Assembly (NCBI GenBank): GCA_963774265.1
Contig: CAVZDU010000003.1
Location: 512,001-576,000 of the forward strand
From: an uncultured Chloroflexia bacterium
Lineage (GTDB): Bacteria > Chloroflexota > Anaerolineae > CG2-30-64-16
Length of the DNA stretch: 64,000 nt
Reading direction: 5' to 3'
Part shown: positions 29,992 through 42,367 of the stretch, piece after piece
Position numbering within the stretch: position 1 is the first letter of the stretch
How the letters are laid out: each line of letters begins with the position of its first letter
The notes under the pieces: model-generated
Databases searched by the model: none
Told to the model about the DNA's origin: nothing
The model's input: the letters and a program-made list of their open reading frames with translations, nothing else
Program-made: the position numbers and the translations under genes

Positions 29992-31146
29992 ATGTTTCCC
30001 TCGACTGCGGATGCCGTCGTCATCGGCGGTGGCGTCATGGGCGCCAGCGCTGCCTATCACCTGGCGGCCCGCGGCATGAAGAACGTCGTTCTATTGGAGA
30101 AGCACGAGTTTCTCGGCGCTGAGTCAACCGGCAAGTGTGCCGGCGGCATCCGCTACCAGTTCAGCACGGAGATCAATGTCCGTCTCTCGCTGCTGAGCCT
30201 GCCTATGCTCGAACGGTTCGAAGCCGAGACCGGTCAGAGCATCGACCTGCGCTGGCCGGGTTACCTGTTCCTTCTGGACAACGAGCACGATGTAGCCGTG
30301 TTCCGTCAGAATGTCGCCATGCAGAACGGGCTGGGCATCCCGTCGTGCATCCTCACCACTGAGGAAGTCAGCCGGCGTATTCCGCTGCTCAATCTGGAGG
30401 GCGTTTTGGCCGGTGCATGGCACGCGGGCGATGGGCTGGCCGACCCGAACGGTGTGGTGCAAGGCTATGCGGCCGCAGCTCGGCGGCTAGGCGCGCAGAT
30501 ATTTACTGCGACCGAGGTGACGGGCATCCGGGTCGAGGGCGGCCGGGTGACGGGGGTCTCGACGCCGAGAGGCCCCATCAGCACGCCTGCAGTGGTCAAC
30601 GCCGCGGGATCCTGGGCTGGCAAGGTGGCCGGCCTCGTGGGGCTTGAGCTGCCGGTTTGGCCTTTGAGGCGGCAGATTGTGGTCACCGCGCCCCTGAAGG
30701 GTGTGCCGGATGACTTCCCCTTCGTGCTCGATTTCAGCCGGAGCCTGTATTTCCACCGGGAGGGGAAGGGGATCCTGACAGGGCAATCGAACGCGAATGA
30801 AGCGCCTGGCTTCGAACAGACGCTCGACCATGCCTGGACCGAGCAGCACCTGGAGAATGCGATGTGGCGTTTCCCGTTGCTGGCCAGGGCGGGGCTGCTG
30901 CGTGAGTGGGCGGGGCTGTACGAGATGACGCCCGATGCACACCCTGTGATCGACGGGCTGGCAGAGCCGGACGGGTTCTATGTCGTCGCAGGGTTCAGCG
31001 GCCACGGCTTCATGCACGGCCCCATCGCGGGCCTGCTCATCTCGGAACTGGTCCTCGATGGCCGCGCCCACACGCTGGATATCCACCAGCTTCGCTTCAG
31101 CCGCTTTGCTGAGGGGGATTTGGTGCGAGAACATAACGTCGTTTGA
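29992..31146 (+). CDS. FAD-dependent amine oxidoreductase (sarcosine oxidase beta / DAO family)
   Basis: VIGGGVMG, AGGIR, WAGLY..TPD, GFSGHGF. Confidence 0.9.
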   Translation: MFPSTADAVVIGGGVMGASAAYHLAARGMKNVVLLEKHEFLGAESTGKCAGGIRYQFSTEINVRLSLLSLPMLERFEAETGQSIDLRWPGYLFLLDNEHDVAVFRQNVAMQNGLGIPSCILTTEEVSRRIPLLNLEGVLAGAWHAGDGLADPNGVVQGYAAAARRLGAQIFTATEVTGIRVEGGRVTGVSTPRGPISTPAVVNAAGSWAGKVAGLVGLELPVWPLRRQIVVTAPLKGVPDDFPFVLDFSRSLYFHREGKGILTGQSNANEAPGFEQTLDHAWTEQHLENAMWRFPLLARAGLLREWAGLYEMTPDAHPVIDGLAEPDGFYVVAGFSGHGFMHGPIAGLLISELVLDGRAHTLDIHQLRFSRFAEGDLVREHNVV

Positions 31147-31161
31147 TAAGGAGAGGTTGTC

Positions 31162-32664
31162 GTGGAAATTGTCGTCAAGCAAGGCAACATTGCGGAAGAG
31201 CGGGCCGAGCTGATCGTCGTGAATTTGTTCAAGGACGTGATGGTCCCTGCGGGTGCGACCGGTGCGGTGGACAGCGTGCTCGGCGGGATGATCCGGGACG
31301 CACTCGTGTTGAAAGATTTTGCGGGTAAGGCCGGAGAGACACTGCTCCTGTACACCCGCGGCGCGATCCCTTCGCCGCGAGTCCTCATCGTGGGGCTGGG
31401 CGAGGCAGAGAAATTCGATCTGCAAGGGGCGTGCAACGCAGCGGCCACGGCAGCGCGGAAGGCGCGCGAGCTGGGTGTGAAGCACTTTGCCACCATCGTC
31501 CATGGCGCGGGCATCGGCGGGTTTGCGCCGGAAGCCGCCGGTCAGGCGGTCACCGAGGGCGCATTGCTGGGACTGTACCGATACGAGGGTTACCGCTCAC
31601 AGCCGCCCAAGGACTGGAAACCCGACCCAGAGAAGATGACGATTGTCGAATTCAGCGGGGAGCGCGTCGCGGCGCTGGAGGCCGGCGTACTCCGCGCAGA
31701 GAGCATCGCAGCCGGCGTCACCCTCGCCCGTCACATGGTCAACACACCGGCCAACCGCATGACGCCCTCCGCGATGGCCCAGATGGCCGAGAACCTGGCG
31801 GGCCAGACGGGGCTGCGTTTCGAGGCTCTCGGCCGTGCGGAGTGCAAGGCGCTGGGCATGGGCATCTTCATGGCCGTTGCCGAGGAATCCGAGGAGGAGC
31901 CGAAGCTGATCGTCCTGGAACACAACGCCGGACGCAGCGACCTGCCGACAGTGGTCCTGGTGGGCAAGGGCGTGACCTTCGACTCAGGCGGCATCTCGCT
32001 CAAGCCGGGCGATGAGATGTGGAAGATGAAGGGTGATATGGCCGGCGCGGCGGCAGTCATCGGTGCATTGGGCGTGGTCGCGCGATTGAACTTACCACTT
32101 CGTGTAGTAGGTCTCGCACCGTGCGCAGAGAATCTGCCGGGCGGCCGCGCACAGAAGCCTGGCGATGTGTTCACCGGCATGAAGGGCAAGACCATGGAGG
32201 TCATCAGCACGGACGCGGAAGGGCGCATGCTGTTGGCCGATGCGCTCGCTTACGCGGCGCGTTTCAACCCTGCCGCGGTGATCGACATCGCTACGCTCAC
32301 CGGCGTGCAGAGCATGTCGCTCGGTCCCCATGCGGCAGGCTTTTTCGCAAATGACGAGTCAGTGGCTGAGCGGCTGAACGCGGCGGCGACGGCCTCGGGT
32401 GAGCGATTGTGGCGCTTTCCGCTATACGAAGAGTATGCGGAGCCGATCAAGAGCCAGGTGGCTGATGTGAAGAACAGCGCCGGCCGTCATGTAGGCCTGG
32501 GAACGAGCGCCAAATTCCTCGAACACTTCACCGAGGGCTATCCCTGGGCGCACGTCGATATGGCATCGATGTCGCTGTCGGACGAGGATAAGCCGGCGAA
32601 GCCCAAAGGTGCGACTGGGTACGGCGTGCGGTTGTTTACAGCGCTGCTGGAGGCGTGGCGCTAG
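31162..32664 (+). CDS. pepA: M17 leucyl aminopeptidase
   Basis: GKGVTFDSGG, MKGDM, TDAEGR, DIATLTG. Confidence 0.93.
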   Translation: MEIVVKQGNIAEERAELIVVNLFKDVMVPAGATGAVDSVLGGMIRDALVLKDFAGKAGETLLLYTRGAIPSPRVLIVGLGEAEKFDLQGACNAAATAARKARELGVKHFATIVHGAGIGGFAPEAAGQAVTEGALLGLYRYEGYRSQPPKDWKPDPEKMTIVEFSGERVAALEAGVLRAESIAAGVTLARHMVNTPANRMTPSAMAQMAENLAGQTGLRFEALGRAECKALGMGIFMAVAEESEEEPKLIVLEHNAGRSDLPTVVLVGKGVTFDSGGISLKPGDEMWKMKGDMAGAAAVIGALGVVARLNLPLRVVGLAPCAENLPGGRAQKPGDVFTGMKGKTMEVISTDAEGRMLLADALAYAARFNPAAVIDIATLTGVQSMSLGPHAAGFFANDESVAERLNAAATASGERLWRFPLYEEYAEPIKSQVADVKNSAGRHVGLGTSAKFLEHFTEGYPWAHVDMASMSLSDEDKPAKPKGATGYGVRLFTALLEAWR

Positions 32665-32703
32665 GCCGCCTGCACAGCACGCTAATCAGCCTGCGGTTCA
32701 AGC

Positions 32704-34489
32704 GATTCTGCTGGCAAACACTAAGCCGCTAACTGTATGGCAGCCAGACAAGCCAGGCTGGGCGGCCGCGTGGTACCAGGGCGATAGCCCATGAGCCACA
32801 GGGCCGCGCGTCTGACGTTGACGGCGATGGCAATCAGCAGGTTTTGGACGTGTGTTTTGGTGGCGCCCTTGTAGCGCGAGCGGCGAGCGCCATGGGCGCG
32901 GATCAGGGCGGAGATGGTGCCTTCGACGCCCGCCCGCAGGGTGTACTCGGCGTGAAAGTCAGCGGTCTGCTGATGCTGGCGACCGGTCTGCAGGGTCTCG
33001 TAGTAGGCCTTGAGTTTGAGTGTGCGACCCCCCGTCTCACTGCGCGTGCAGCGCTCCCGCACAGGACAGGCGCGGCAGGTGGCTTGTGGAAACTCGATCT
33101 GGATTTCGCGCGGCTCAGCGCGGGCACTGGCCCGCCAGCGATAGGATGTTTGGCCTTGCGGACAGATGGCGTGTTGCTGCTGGTGATCGATGTGGAACTG
33201 ATCCAGGGTGATGCCACCCTGCGTATGGGCTTGCCAACTGACATCGGCGGGCAGGGGGCCGATCAGGCGCACCCCGTAGTCGGCGGCGCTGTCAACGACG
33301 TTGCGTCCCGAGGTGTAACCGCCATCGACCCAATGGGCGCTGGGCAGCAGAGCGCGTCGCTGCAGGTCGGCATGAATCTTGGGGAGCAGTTCGACATCGC
33401 GCTCGGCGGTGGAGGTCGTTGCCACATGGGTGATCAGGTGCGGCTGGTCGTGGTCGCAGGTCTCGGTCCAATGCACGGCGTAGCCGGTCCACGCCTGGGC
33501 ATCATGCGCCGTGAAACGCGCCTCTGGATCATGCGGAGTGACAATGACCTGCCCAGCTGGAGGCTTATCAGCCTTGGCGCGCCAGCGCGGCCCATCCGCA
33601 GGGCGTTCGAATTGCTGCGTCCAGACCTCGGCCAAGACAACCACCGCCGGCAAGGTCGCCGCCTGGCTGGGCACGTCCGCTCGCTGCAGGGCGTCCAGCA
33701 GATGATAACCGTCCCGCCCGATGTCCAGGGCCAGCGCCGCCTGCTTCTCCTTGGTGCGCGGCAGCCGAAAGCCGGTCAGCACCAGACCATAGCGCGCGGA
33801 CCAATGTGGCAGGGCAATCGTCCGCAACCAGGCCGGCCGGTACTCGGACAGCGCTTCCAGCGCCAGCCGGACCGTCTCGGCCACCAACTGCAGCCGGTTC
33901 AGCAACTGCGTCGCCGCCAGCACGGCCGCCGAATCGGTGCGTTGCCGGCCCCCCTTCTTGAGCAGGTTCAAAGCCACCAAGCGCTTCAGCACGTGTTCAA
34001 ACATATCTTGGGCGCGCTCGTGTGCGGCCAGTCGTTGCCGAAACTCGCTCAGCACCGAGCTATCGAAGCCCGTGTCCTCCAAGGCCAGATGCAGAGCATA
34101 TTTCCAGTCAATGCGCGAGCGCACGGCGTCAGCCGCTTCGCTATCGGGCAGGTTCTCCATGAACTGGAAGATCGTGACCAAAGCCAGCAGATTGGGCGAC
34201 AGTGCCGGCGCACCGTCGGCGGCGTACAGGGCTGCAAAATCCAGGCCCTCGAAGAGGTTGCCCAGATGGTCGCCAATCGTCACGTAGATGTTGCCCTTAC
34301 GTCTGAATGCCGCCTTCGCAACACGCGCGGTCGCCTCCGGCAGGATGGGAAATGATGCGGCGGGTAGTGACATGCAGAACCTCCGGCTGAACATAGGCTT
34401 GCTAGCGTGCGGCCCACACTACCCGCCCCGCTCTGTTTTGTCAACGCCGTCGCACGCCACTTCAGCCCTAGCTGTTTGCCAGCAGAATC
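32704..34489 (-). mobile_element. IS1182-family insertion sequence (1786 bp)
   Basis: Perfect 17-bp terminal IRs GATTCTGCTGGCAAACA (32704-32720) and TGTTTGCCAGCAGAATC (34473-34489). Confidence 0.88.
32721..34394 (-). CDS. IS1182-family transposase
   Basis: RIDWKYAL, QRTDS, VDGGY, CPQG / C..C....C Zn motif, RAGVEGT. Confidence 0.88.
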   Translation of the reverse strand: MFSRRFCMSLPAASFPILPEATARVAKAAFRRKGNIYVTIGDHLGNLFEGLDFAALYAADGAPALSPNLLALVTIFQFMENLPDSEAADAVRSRIDWKYALHLALEDTGFDSSVLSEFRQRLAAHERAQDMFEHVLKRLVALNLLKKGGRQRTDSAAVLAATQLLNRLQLVAETVRLALEALSEYRPAWLRTIALPHWSARYGLVLTGFRLPRTKEKQAALALDIGRDGYHLLDALQRADVPSQAATLPAVVVLAEVWTQQFERPADGPRWRAKADKPPAGQVIVTPHDPEARFTAHDAQAWTGYAVHWTETCDHDQPHLITHVATTSTAERDVELLPKIHADLQRRALLPSAHWVDGGYTSGRNVVDSAADYGVRLIGPLPADVSWQAHTQGGITLDQFHIDHQQQHAICPQGQTSYRWRASARAEPREIQIEFPQATCRACPVRERCTRSETGGRTLKLKAYYETLQTGRQHQQTADFHAEYTLRAGVEGTISALIRAHGARRSRYKGATKTHVQNLLIAIAVNVRRAALWLMGYRPGTTRPPSLACLAAIQLAA

Positions 34490-34525
34490 TTTTTAGTCTG
34501 TGGCGTCGCAAGCACGGACAAATTC

Positions 34526-34987
34526 TCAACGTGCATCACGAGCAGGCGGCGCCTCCGGGCAGATTTCGAAGCTGTGCGTGATTTCCGTGACACCGCGAAT
34601 TGTGGCGGCCACGGAGCAATACTTCTCCTCAGACAGCTTGATTGCGCGTTCGACCTTCTTTGCGTCCAACCCTTTGCCGGTGGCCTGGTAATGCAGGTGG
34701 ATCCTGGTGAATGGCCAGGGAGGTTCGGGCGCCTGCTCCGCGTCCGCACTGATGATCAGGTCGGTCAGCGGCTCGTGCTGCTTTTGCAGAATATCGACCA
34801 CATCATAGGCCGAACATGAGGCCAGCGCGATTACCAGCAGGTCCGAAGCCTTGGAGCCGCGTGCTTCGGTCCAGGTAGGGTCGTTGGGCTTCTGCCAATA
34901 GCCGGCGACAACCGTGCGGCCAGTTGTGTCGCGGCCGACGAACATCCGGCTCTCCTCGCCCAACCACTTTACGTCGATTCTTCCCAT
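34526..34987 (-). CDS. OsmC family protein
   Basis: [10 protein letters not shown]...EKYCSV Cys pair. Confidence 0.88.
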   Translation of the reverse strand: MGRIDVKWLGEESRMFVGRDTTGRTVVAGYWQKPNDPTWTEARGSKASDLLVIALASCSAYDVVDILQKQHEPLTDLIISADAEQAPEPPWPFTRIHLHYQATGKGLDAKKVERAIKLSEEKYCSVAATIRGVTEITHSFEICPEAPPARDAR

Positions 34988-35074
34988 GCATCCTCCAGGC
35001 AGAACTCACTCTCGCTTGTCTTGGATTGGACGCGGGAACCCCCATGGAGGTTACATCGGCGGTTGGAGCTGAAG

Positions 35075-35458
35075 CTATGCCGCGCGGTCGCCCCGCCGGT
35101 ACAACATGTAGGCGACGATTCCCGCTATGGAAACCGCCGAGCCAACCGCTGCGGCGGCCGCAGCGCCGATCACCCAGCGCCGCTCGAACGCGTCGAAACG
35201 GGCGCCGCCGAGCGTCGCGGGTGAGGCGAAGCCGGCCATGGCAGCGCGCGCGTTCTGCTGCCGGGCCGCAGCAAGCAGGCTGCGCTCCAGGTCCGCGCGA
35301 AATTGCGGCCTCAACTGGACAGGGACAAAGAGCGCTGCAAGCTCGCGTGCGAGGCCCAGGAACGGAACGACTGACAGCACGGCGCCCGGCCGGCTGAGGC
35401 CAGGCGCACGCGTGGCCAAAAGAATTCGTGAAGGAAGAACGAGACGACTCACAGCCAT
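35075..35458 (-). CDS. Small TM-anchored protein, candidate anti-sigma factor
   Basis: Directly downstream of ECF sigma; P.FR..LE..L helix then single TM. Confidence 0.55.
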   Translation of the reverse strand: MAVSRLVLPSRILLATRAPGLSRPGAVLSVVPFLGLARELAALFVPVQLRPQFRADLERSLLAAARQQNARAAMAGFASPATLGGARFDAFERRWVIGAAAAAAVGSAVSIAGIVAYMLYRRGDRAA

Positions 35459-35494
35459 CGTGAACCTTTCATAGCAGAGAACGCATGCGGGCCG

Positions 35495-36091
35495 CTACCA
35501 ACCGCGTGCTTGCAGGTCGGCCCTGAGGGCCTTTAACGTTCGAAAATACAACGACTTGATCGCGCTCTCCGTTCGCCCCATCGCCTCGCCGATTTCCTCG
35601 TTTGAGAGTCGGTCCGCGTACTTCATGATCAACAGCCGCTGGCGCTCTTCAGGTTGGCGGCCGATCGCCGACCAGAGCGCCTGTTTGCGCTCGTTCGTCT
35701 CAGCGGACCGCTCGGGGCCATCGGACGGCTTGCTGGTCAGTTCAAGGTCCTCGATTGATGTGAATTTCCACCGGCTGTGCGCCCGGTGATGGTTGGCCAC
35801 CAAGTTGTGCGCGATGCGATACAGCCATGCCACAAACGGCACCCCATGATCGGTGTACCTTGGCAGGTGCGTCAAAGCCTGGTGGAAGGTGCGCGCAGCG
35901 AGGTCCTCAGCATCGTGAGCATTGCCCGTGCGGTAGTAGATATAGGTGTAGATGCGATCTACATGCCGCCGGTAAAGCTCGCCGAAGGCATCCGCGTCAG
36001 CCTTCGCCAACTCGATCAAGGCAGCTTCGGTCAGGCCGACGAACGGGCCAGCCGCCACCTCCTCTGTCACCAGATCCTGCGAACGTGGCAT
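35495..36091 (-). CDS. ECF sigma-70 factor
   Basis: AFGELY, DAEDL, WLYRIAHN, region 4 EIG..MG..E..IKS. Confidence 0.93.
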   Translation of the reverse strand: MPRSQDLVTEEVAAGPFVGLTEAALIELAKADADAFGELYRRHVDRIYTYIYYRTGNAHDAEDLAARTFHQALTHLPRYTDHGVPFVAWLYRIAHNLVANHHRAHSRWKFTSIEDLELTSKPSDGPERSAETNERKQALWSAIGRQPEERQRLLIMKYADRLSNEEIGEAMGRTESAIKSLYFRTLKALRADLQARGW

Positions 36092-36134
36092 AAATTAGAA
36101 CACCCGCAGACCCCAAAGGACGCGGAGCGCCGCG

Positions 36135-36995
36135 TCAGGCCTTCTCATACGCCGTTCTGCCAACCACCGCTACACCGACCGTCCCCGGTCCAACGTGCAC
36201 GCCGATCACGGGACCAAGCTCCGCGACGAAGAATGTCGGGCAGTCAAAGGCTTTACTCAATTTGGCAGCCAGCGCCCACGTCTCCTCTGCGGCGACAGCA
36301 TGGGTAAGCGCCAACCGGGCGTTTGCGCCGCGATCTGTGACGCGCTTCAGCAGGATTTCCTGAGCGCTCTCGAGTGCCTTGGACTTGCTGCGCACGCGTC
36401 CCAGGGGCACGACCTCGCCGTCGACGATACCCAGCAGGGGTTTGAATTTGAGCAGGGTGCCGACTAAGGCCTGGGCCTTCCCGATTCGCCCGCCGCGCTG
36501 CAGATACTCCAGCGTTTCCAGCACGAACACCAAATGGACGTGCTCGCGCATGGCGAGCAACCGCGCGACAATCTCCGCGCGAGTTGCACCTGCGTCGATC
36601 ATGGCCACGGCCTCCTGCACCATCAACCCGAGCCCAACGGAAATGGTGGTCGAGTCGATCACCTCGACGGACCAGCCTGGGTTGCTCTCATAAGCAACTA
36701 CCGCCGCGCTGTATGTGCCGCTCAGCTTGGACGAGAGCACGAGGGCAATCACCTCGTCGCCCGCAGCGGTGAAATTCTCGAAGAGGCCGAGAAAATCGGA
36801 GGGGATCGCTTGTGAGGTGCTGGGCAGCGGATCGCTGGCCGGCAGACGGGCCCAGAACTGCTCGCGGGTGATTTCGATGCCGTCGCGCAGTGCCTCCTGG
36901 CCGAACACGACGCTTAGCGGGACGACGGTGACCGCAGGATGGTGCAGGACCTCCGGCGGGGCTTCGCAAGTTGAATCAGTGATAATGCGGATCAT
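36135..36995 (-). CDS. DegV family fatty-acid-binding protein
   Basis: IITDS, STSQ, SSKLSGT, L.RGGRIG, H.GPG. Confidence 0.93.
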   Translation of the reverse strand: MIRIITDSTCEAPPEVLHHPAVTVVPLSVVFGQEALRDGIEITREQFWARLPASDPLPSTSQAIPSDFLGLFENFTAAGDEVIALVLSSKLSGTYSAAVVAYESNPGWSVEVIDSTTISVGLGLMVQEAVAMIDAGATRAEIVARLLAMREHVHLVFVLETLEYLQRGGRIGKAQALVGTLLKFKPLLGIVDGEVVPLGRVRSKSKALESAQEILLKRVTDRGANARLALTHAVAAEETWALAAKLSKAFDCPTFFVAELGPVIGVHVGPGTVGVAVVGRTAYEKA

Positions 36996-37175
36996 GGTGC
37001 AACAACTCCTGAAATGAGCTGGCCTGCACATCTTAGGTGCATGGCGGGGGTTTGTCAATGAGAAGCAGATAAATCCAATAAAGTATAAACCCGGCCCACG
37101 TGGAAAAGATGCGGGCAAACGTGGCGAAGGGTGGACCCGTGCGCCGCGATGGTTGGCGGGTGACATGGGGTTCGA

Positions 37176-38574
37176 CTACTTCAGGATATAGTACGTCGCC
37201 TTGCGCTCGCCCACCTTCAGGAGCAGCCCCTGATCGACCAGGTCGGCCAGCAGGCGGCGGATGGTCTCATCGCTGAGGTCGGGGATGAGATCGCGGAACT
37301 CACGGTTGGTGATCGCACCGTGCTCCGCGAGATAGGCCAGCGCGCGCTCCTGCCGCGGGTCGAGGCGGCGGTTCGCCCAGCGGGGTGCCGGCTCGGGGCT
37401 GACCAGGTCGTCGCCGCGGCCGGTCAGGGTGACGCGGAAGCCCGCGACGGTCTCTTCGAACACGGGCGCGGGGAGGCCGGCTTCGCTCATCGCGGCGACG
37501 ATGCGGTCGATGCCGTAGCCGAGGCGCTCGACAAAGCCCAGGTCCGACAGGGCCTGGACAATCGCCTCGTTGCGCGAGAAGCGCTCGGTCAGCAGGTTTT
37601 CGAGCGTCACGTGGCCGGGCAGGCGGCCGGGGCTGTAGATTTCCATGCGGTCGCTGAACATGAGAACCCGGATGTCATCCCCACGGATGGCATAGTCGCG
37701 ATGCGCCACCGCGTTGACGATCGCCTCGCGAACCACCGCGAGCGGATACTCGGTCACCTCGGTGCGCGTCAGGCCGCGGATGCGCAGCCCGCGGCGCATG
37801 TTTGCGGCGACGAAGGCCTCCGCCTGGCGGATTTGCACAGGGAGCGCGCCCGGTCGCTTCGTCGCGCACGAAGTCGTCGCCCATCGCTGCACCGGGGTAG
37901 CGGATCAGGGTGATCGCGGCGTTGCGCAGGAAGCGCTGCGGCTGGCGGCCGAACAGGAGGATGCCCGCGTAGGTGGGGACCAACTCACCGCCGAGCTCGG
38001 TCAGGCAGCCGCGGTCGAGCAGCACCCGCTGCCATCCCTCGCCGGCCGTGCCTGGCAGGCCGGCCACATACCCGTCCACCGCGTCGCGGTCCAGGTCCGC
38101 GAGTGCGGCGCTGGGCGCGGGGCGGGCCTCGAAACCCGACTCGTCGCGGCTCAGTAGTAATGCGGTCAACTCCGTTGCGCTGAGCAGCCGGTTCCGCGCG
38201 CCCGCACGCGCGAGGTAGCGCCCGTTCAAGCTGTAGACATGCGACAGGCCAGGTGGGACATAGGCTGCGCAGAGGGTCTTCTCAGCGACCTCCACGATTG
38301 CGACCACGGGAAGGATCAGCGGCGGCGTCGCCAGGAGGCCGGCAGCACGGACGGCCTCCTTGGCAGCCACTTCGTCTGCGACACCCAGGGGCTTGCCATT
38401 GGCGCCGGCGCCCAGCAGGACCACCCCACCGTGGGTGTTAGCCAGTGCGATGAGGGTTTCGGCCAGCCGGGCAGGGCTTGGATTTGAGGGGACAAACGCC
38501 ACGGCCTCGCCCGGTCCCCCGGCCAGCAGTTGCTCAATCTCCGCCGGGCCCAGGTCCTCGCCCGGACGGGTCAT
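37176..38574 (-). CDS. AlbA_2-like + HATPase_c_4 (RecG-C-like) + wHTH protein, one frameshift near 37850
   Basis: [13 protein letters not shown]; [24 protein letters not shown]; ITNREF wHTH. Confidence 0.85.
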
Positions 38575-39767
38575 GAGAGCTCCACCTCATCGACGCGCCA
38601 GTGGAGTTCGGCGTCAGGGAGGTCGGCAGCAATGCTGATGAGAATCCAGACGGCCTGGCGCACCACGCCATCGAGCACGATGCGCGTTTCGACTCGCACC
38701 CGCTCGCGACCGCACCAAAGACTATCCTGGGCAACGCCCTTGATCTGATCCGCACTGCACCAGGCGCCGCGGGCTTGCTCCGGCTCAACGCTCGGAGGAT
38801 TGCCCACGGAAACGAGGTTGATAGGGGCGCGCTCGGCTTTGCGCAACACGGCCAGGTCTGGGGCGACGAAAGCATTGTCGAGCACATAGTGGGACGACAC
38901 GCGGTCAGACGGGTTCTGGCCGCGCAGCAAGGCTACGACGACACCTTCAGGATAGACCGGGTCATCGGGTGCGCCAAAGCAGAAGTCGATGGTCTTCTGC
39001 GCAGGATCGGGGATGAACCGCACCAGCTCCATGTTGGGCCGGGTGTAGCTGTCGACATCGCACAGCAGGCTCCGGTGGTTGAGCAGGCGGTTATAGGTGG
39101 TGACCCGAGCAATCTGGCTGCCGCCCTCGGGCTGAACGTCGGATTCGACGCGCGCGTTGCCGGCGAAGTGCTCGCCCTGGTAGCCCGACGCCTTATCCGC
39201 CCAGCGGAAGATGGAAAGGCGGGTGGGCAGCTCCGTGCCCGTGAAGCCGAAGACGTTGATCTCAGTGACCTTGCAGGCGTCGCCCTTCTTCAGCTCGGGG
39301 AAGTAGCGAATCTCAACGCCCGTCTCGCCCAGGTACCCTTGACCCTTGCCCGCATAGAAGTCGGGCAACAGATTGTAAGGCACGATGTTGGATGCGCGGT
39401 AGGGGCCGGGATTAAGGGGCCGCTCCGGCAGGGTGTCCGCCTGTGTGTCGAAGATGACACCGCCGAAGGGTGCGATCATATGCGGCGCTTTGGCCAGCGG
39501 CAGGGTGACGGTGATCGCATCATAGCGATAGATAATCAACCGCTCGTTAGCCCCGTCATTGTCAAAGTCGCAGGCCTCCTGGGGTGTGCGCTGCACCTCC
39601 CAGCTCGAAGGGATGAGGGTCTTAAGGTCAAGCGGAATGACAGACGTGTCCTGGCGCGAGCCGAAAAGGCCAGGCCCGCCGCTCTTGTCCCGGAAGTAAA
39701 GGAACGCGGCGACAGTCAACAGGACAATGATGATTGTGAGCAACACGCCACCGCGACCTTTGAACAT
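38571..39767 (-). CDS. Membrane-anchored extracellular hypothetical protein
   Basis: N-terminal [11 protein letters not shown] Ca-loop-like motif, several Cys. Confidence 0.7.
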   Translation of the reverse strand: MFKGRGGVLLTIIIVLLTVAAFLYFRDKSGGPGLFGSRQDTSVIPLDLKTLIPSSWEVQRTPQEACDFDNDGANERLIIYRYDAITVTLPLAKAPHMIAPFGGVIFDTQADTLPERPLNPGPYRASNIVPYNLLPDFYAGKGQGYLGETGVEIRYFPELKKGDACKVTEINVFGFTGTELPTRLSIFRWADKASGYQGEHFAGNARVESDVQPEGGSQIARVTTYNRLLNHRSLLCDVDSYTRPNMELVRFIPDPAQKTIDFCFGAPDDPVYPEGVVVALLRGQNPSDRVSSHYVLDNAFVAPDLAVLRKAERAPINLVSVGNPPSVEPEQARGAWCSADQIKGVAQDSLWCGRERVRVETRIVLDGVVRQAVWILISIAADLPDAELHWRVDEVELS

Positions 39768-39805
39768 CTATTTGCTCCTCCGATGGGGCGAACCAGGACT
39801 TGAGC

Positions 39806-42359
<2,554 letters not shown>

Positions 42360-42367
42360 GTCGTCAC

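Noticed and set aside
32844-34355. Long antisense ORFs (also 16327-17415, 38601-39803, 49837-51867)
   Set aside because: Shadow ORFs of real genes in GC-rich DNA; no recognisable motifs
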